Of a DNA stretch of 64,000 nt, positions 63,277-64,000 are shown piece by piece. The stretch spans positions 64,001 to 128,000 of the forward strand of contig CAXTYC010000002.1 of NCBI GenBank assembly GCA_964248365.1. Reading direction: 5' to 3'. Source of the DNA: an uncultured Chroococcidiopsis sp. (lineage in GTDB: Bacteria > Cyanobacteriota > Cyanobacteriia > Cyanobacteriales > Chroococcidiopsidaceae). Position 1 is the first letter of the stretch; every line of letters begins with the position of its first letter. The notes under the pieces were generated by a model. It saw nothing but the letters and a program-made list of their open reading frames with translations. It was not told where the DNA came from and made no database searches. A program made the position numbers and the translations under genes.

Positions 63277-63404
63277 GGTCTAGAAGAGAGCAAAAGGAGG
63301 CAAAAGGAGGCAAAAGGGAGAAAGTGCATTCAAATTTCTTGACTTGGTAGCAGGGATATGGTAATATGTAACTCTCATATCCCTTAGCTCCCTTTTGCTC
63401 TCTT

Positions 63405-64000
63405 CTAGTCCCTAGCGCCTACTTCATAGGCTTGCCACGCCAAATCTACCAGCCCATCAACAATTGCTGTTGCGACGGTTGCACCGCCTTTGGAACCTTT
63501 AATCTGAATATTAGGCACTAAAGAATCCTGCAAGCGTTCTTTGGCAACATCCACATCGACAAATCCAGCTGGTGTAGCAATTACCAAAGCAGGGCGAAAT
63601 TCTTCTGCCTCGATTAACTCTATCAATGCTGTCAGTGCCGTTGAGTCTTGACCAATGACAAAAATTCCTTCTGGGTAGCGTTTAGCTAGAGTCTCAATTC
63701 CCCAAGCCGTTCGAGTTTTTTCCTTTTGAGGTCGCGTTATTGCCTCCGTGCTGCAATATACCGGATTAGCAAAGGTGTTTTGAATATTCGGTGTAATACC
63801 CACTTGCACTATTGGCACATCAACCACAATCGTGCTACGAGCCGCCAGTGCAGCTGCTCCAGCCTGCATCGCTCGGCTGGAAAAACGAATTAAATCTTTA
63901 TACTCAAAGTCTGCTGTGGCATAAATCACACGGCGGACAATTTCGTATTCTGCCGGAGAAAAGACGTGTTCACCGATTTCTCGGTCAACTATTACCAAAT
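63405..64000 (-). CDS. cobH: Precorrin-8X methylmutase-like protein (CobH/CbiC family; 5' end outside the window)
   Basis: IVRRVIYATADFEY, IVVDV, TRTAWG, PAGFV and KGSKGG..VA.AIV. Confidence 0.85.
   Translation of the reverse strand, partial: LVIVDREIGEHVFSPAEYEIVRRVIYATADFEYKDLIRFSSRAMQAGAAALAARSTIVVDVPIVQVGITPNIQNTFANPVYCSTEAITRPQKEKTRTAWGIETLAKRYPEGIFVIGQDSTALTALIELIEAEEFRPALVIATPAGFVDVDVAKERLQDSLVPNIQIKGSKGGATVATAIVDGLVDLAWQAYEVGARD

Overview
Chromosomal segment of a filamentous or coccoid terrestrial-type cyanobacterium. HIP1 octamers (GCGATCGC) occur throughout and heptamer tandem repeats (STRR-type) are dense between genes, which suggests a Nostocales/Chroococcidiopsidales-like genome; that assignment is an inference. 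Core genes: the 3' part of glsF, murT/gatD, sbcC, mraY, psb28, dtd, cysS, coaD-cdv3, rtcA, dapB and a cobH paralogue. Accessory patches include: a chromophore-Cys-less tandem cyanobacteriochrome-like GAF protein; a bestrophin fused to an unrelated small N-terminal domain; a KatX-like catalase; an ABC operon split by two tiny convergent genes; two tandem Yfr2-like sRNAs; an ethylene-binding-domain/insert-Cys cyanobacteriochrome hybrid kinase followed by a REC-GGDEF-EAL protein; a pair of uncharacterised Gly/Ser/Asn repeat proteins; IS605/TnpB debris with a duplicated right end; a tspO-like gene bracketed by a duplicated dtd 3' end; an ArsR-led atypical pstSCAB operon with an inverted Pho-box-like array; and a decaying redox operon. 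No rRNA, tRNA or CRISPR array was seen. Family names come from motif recognition by eye, with no database search.
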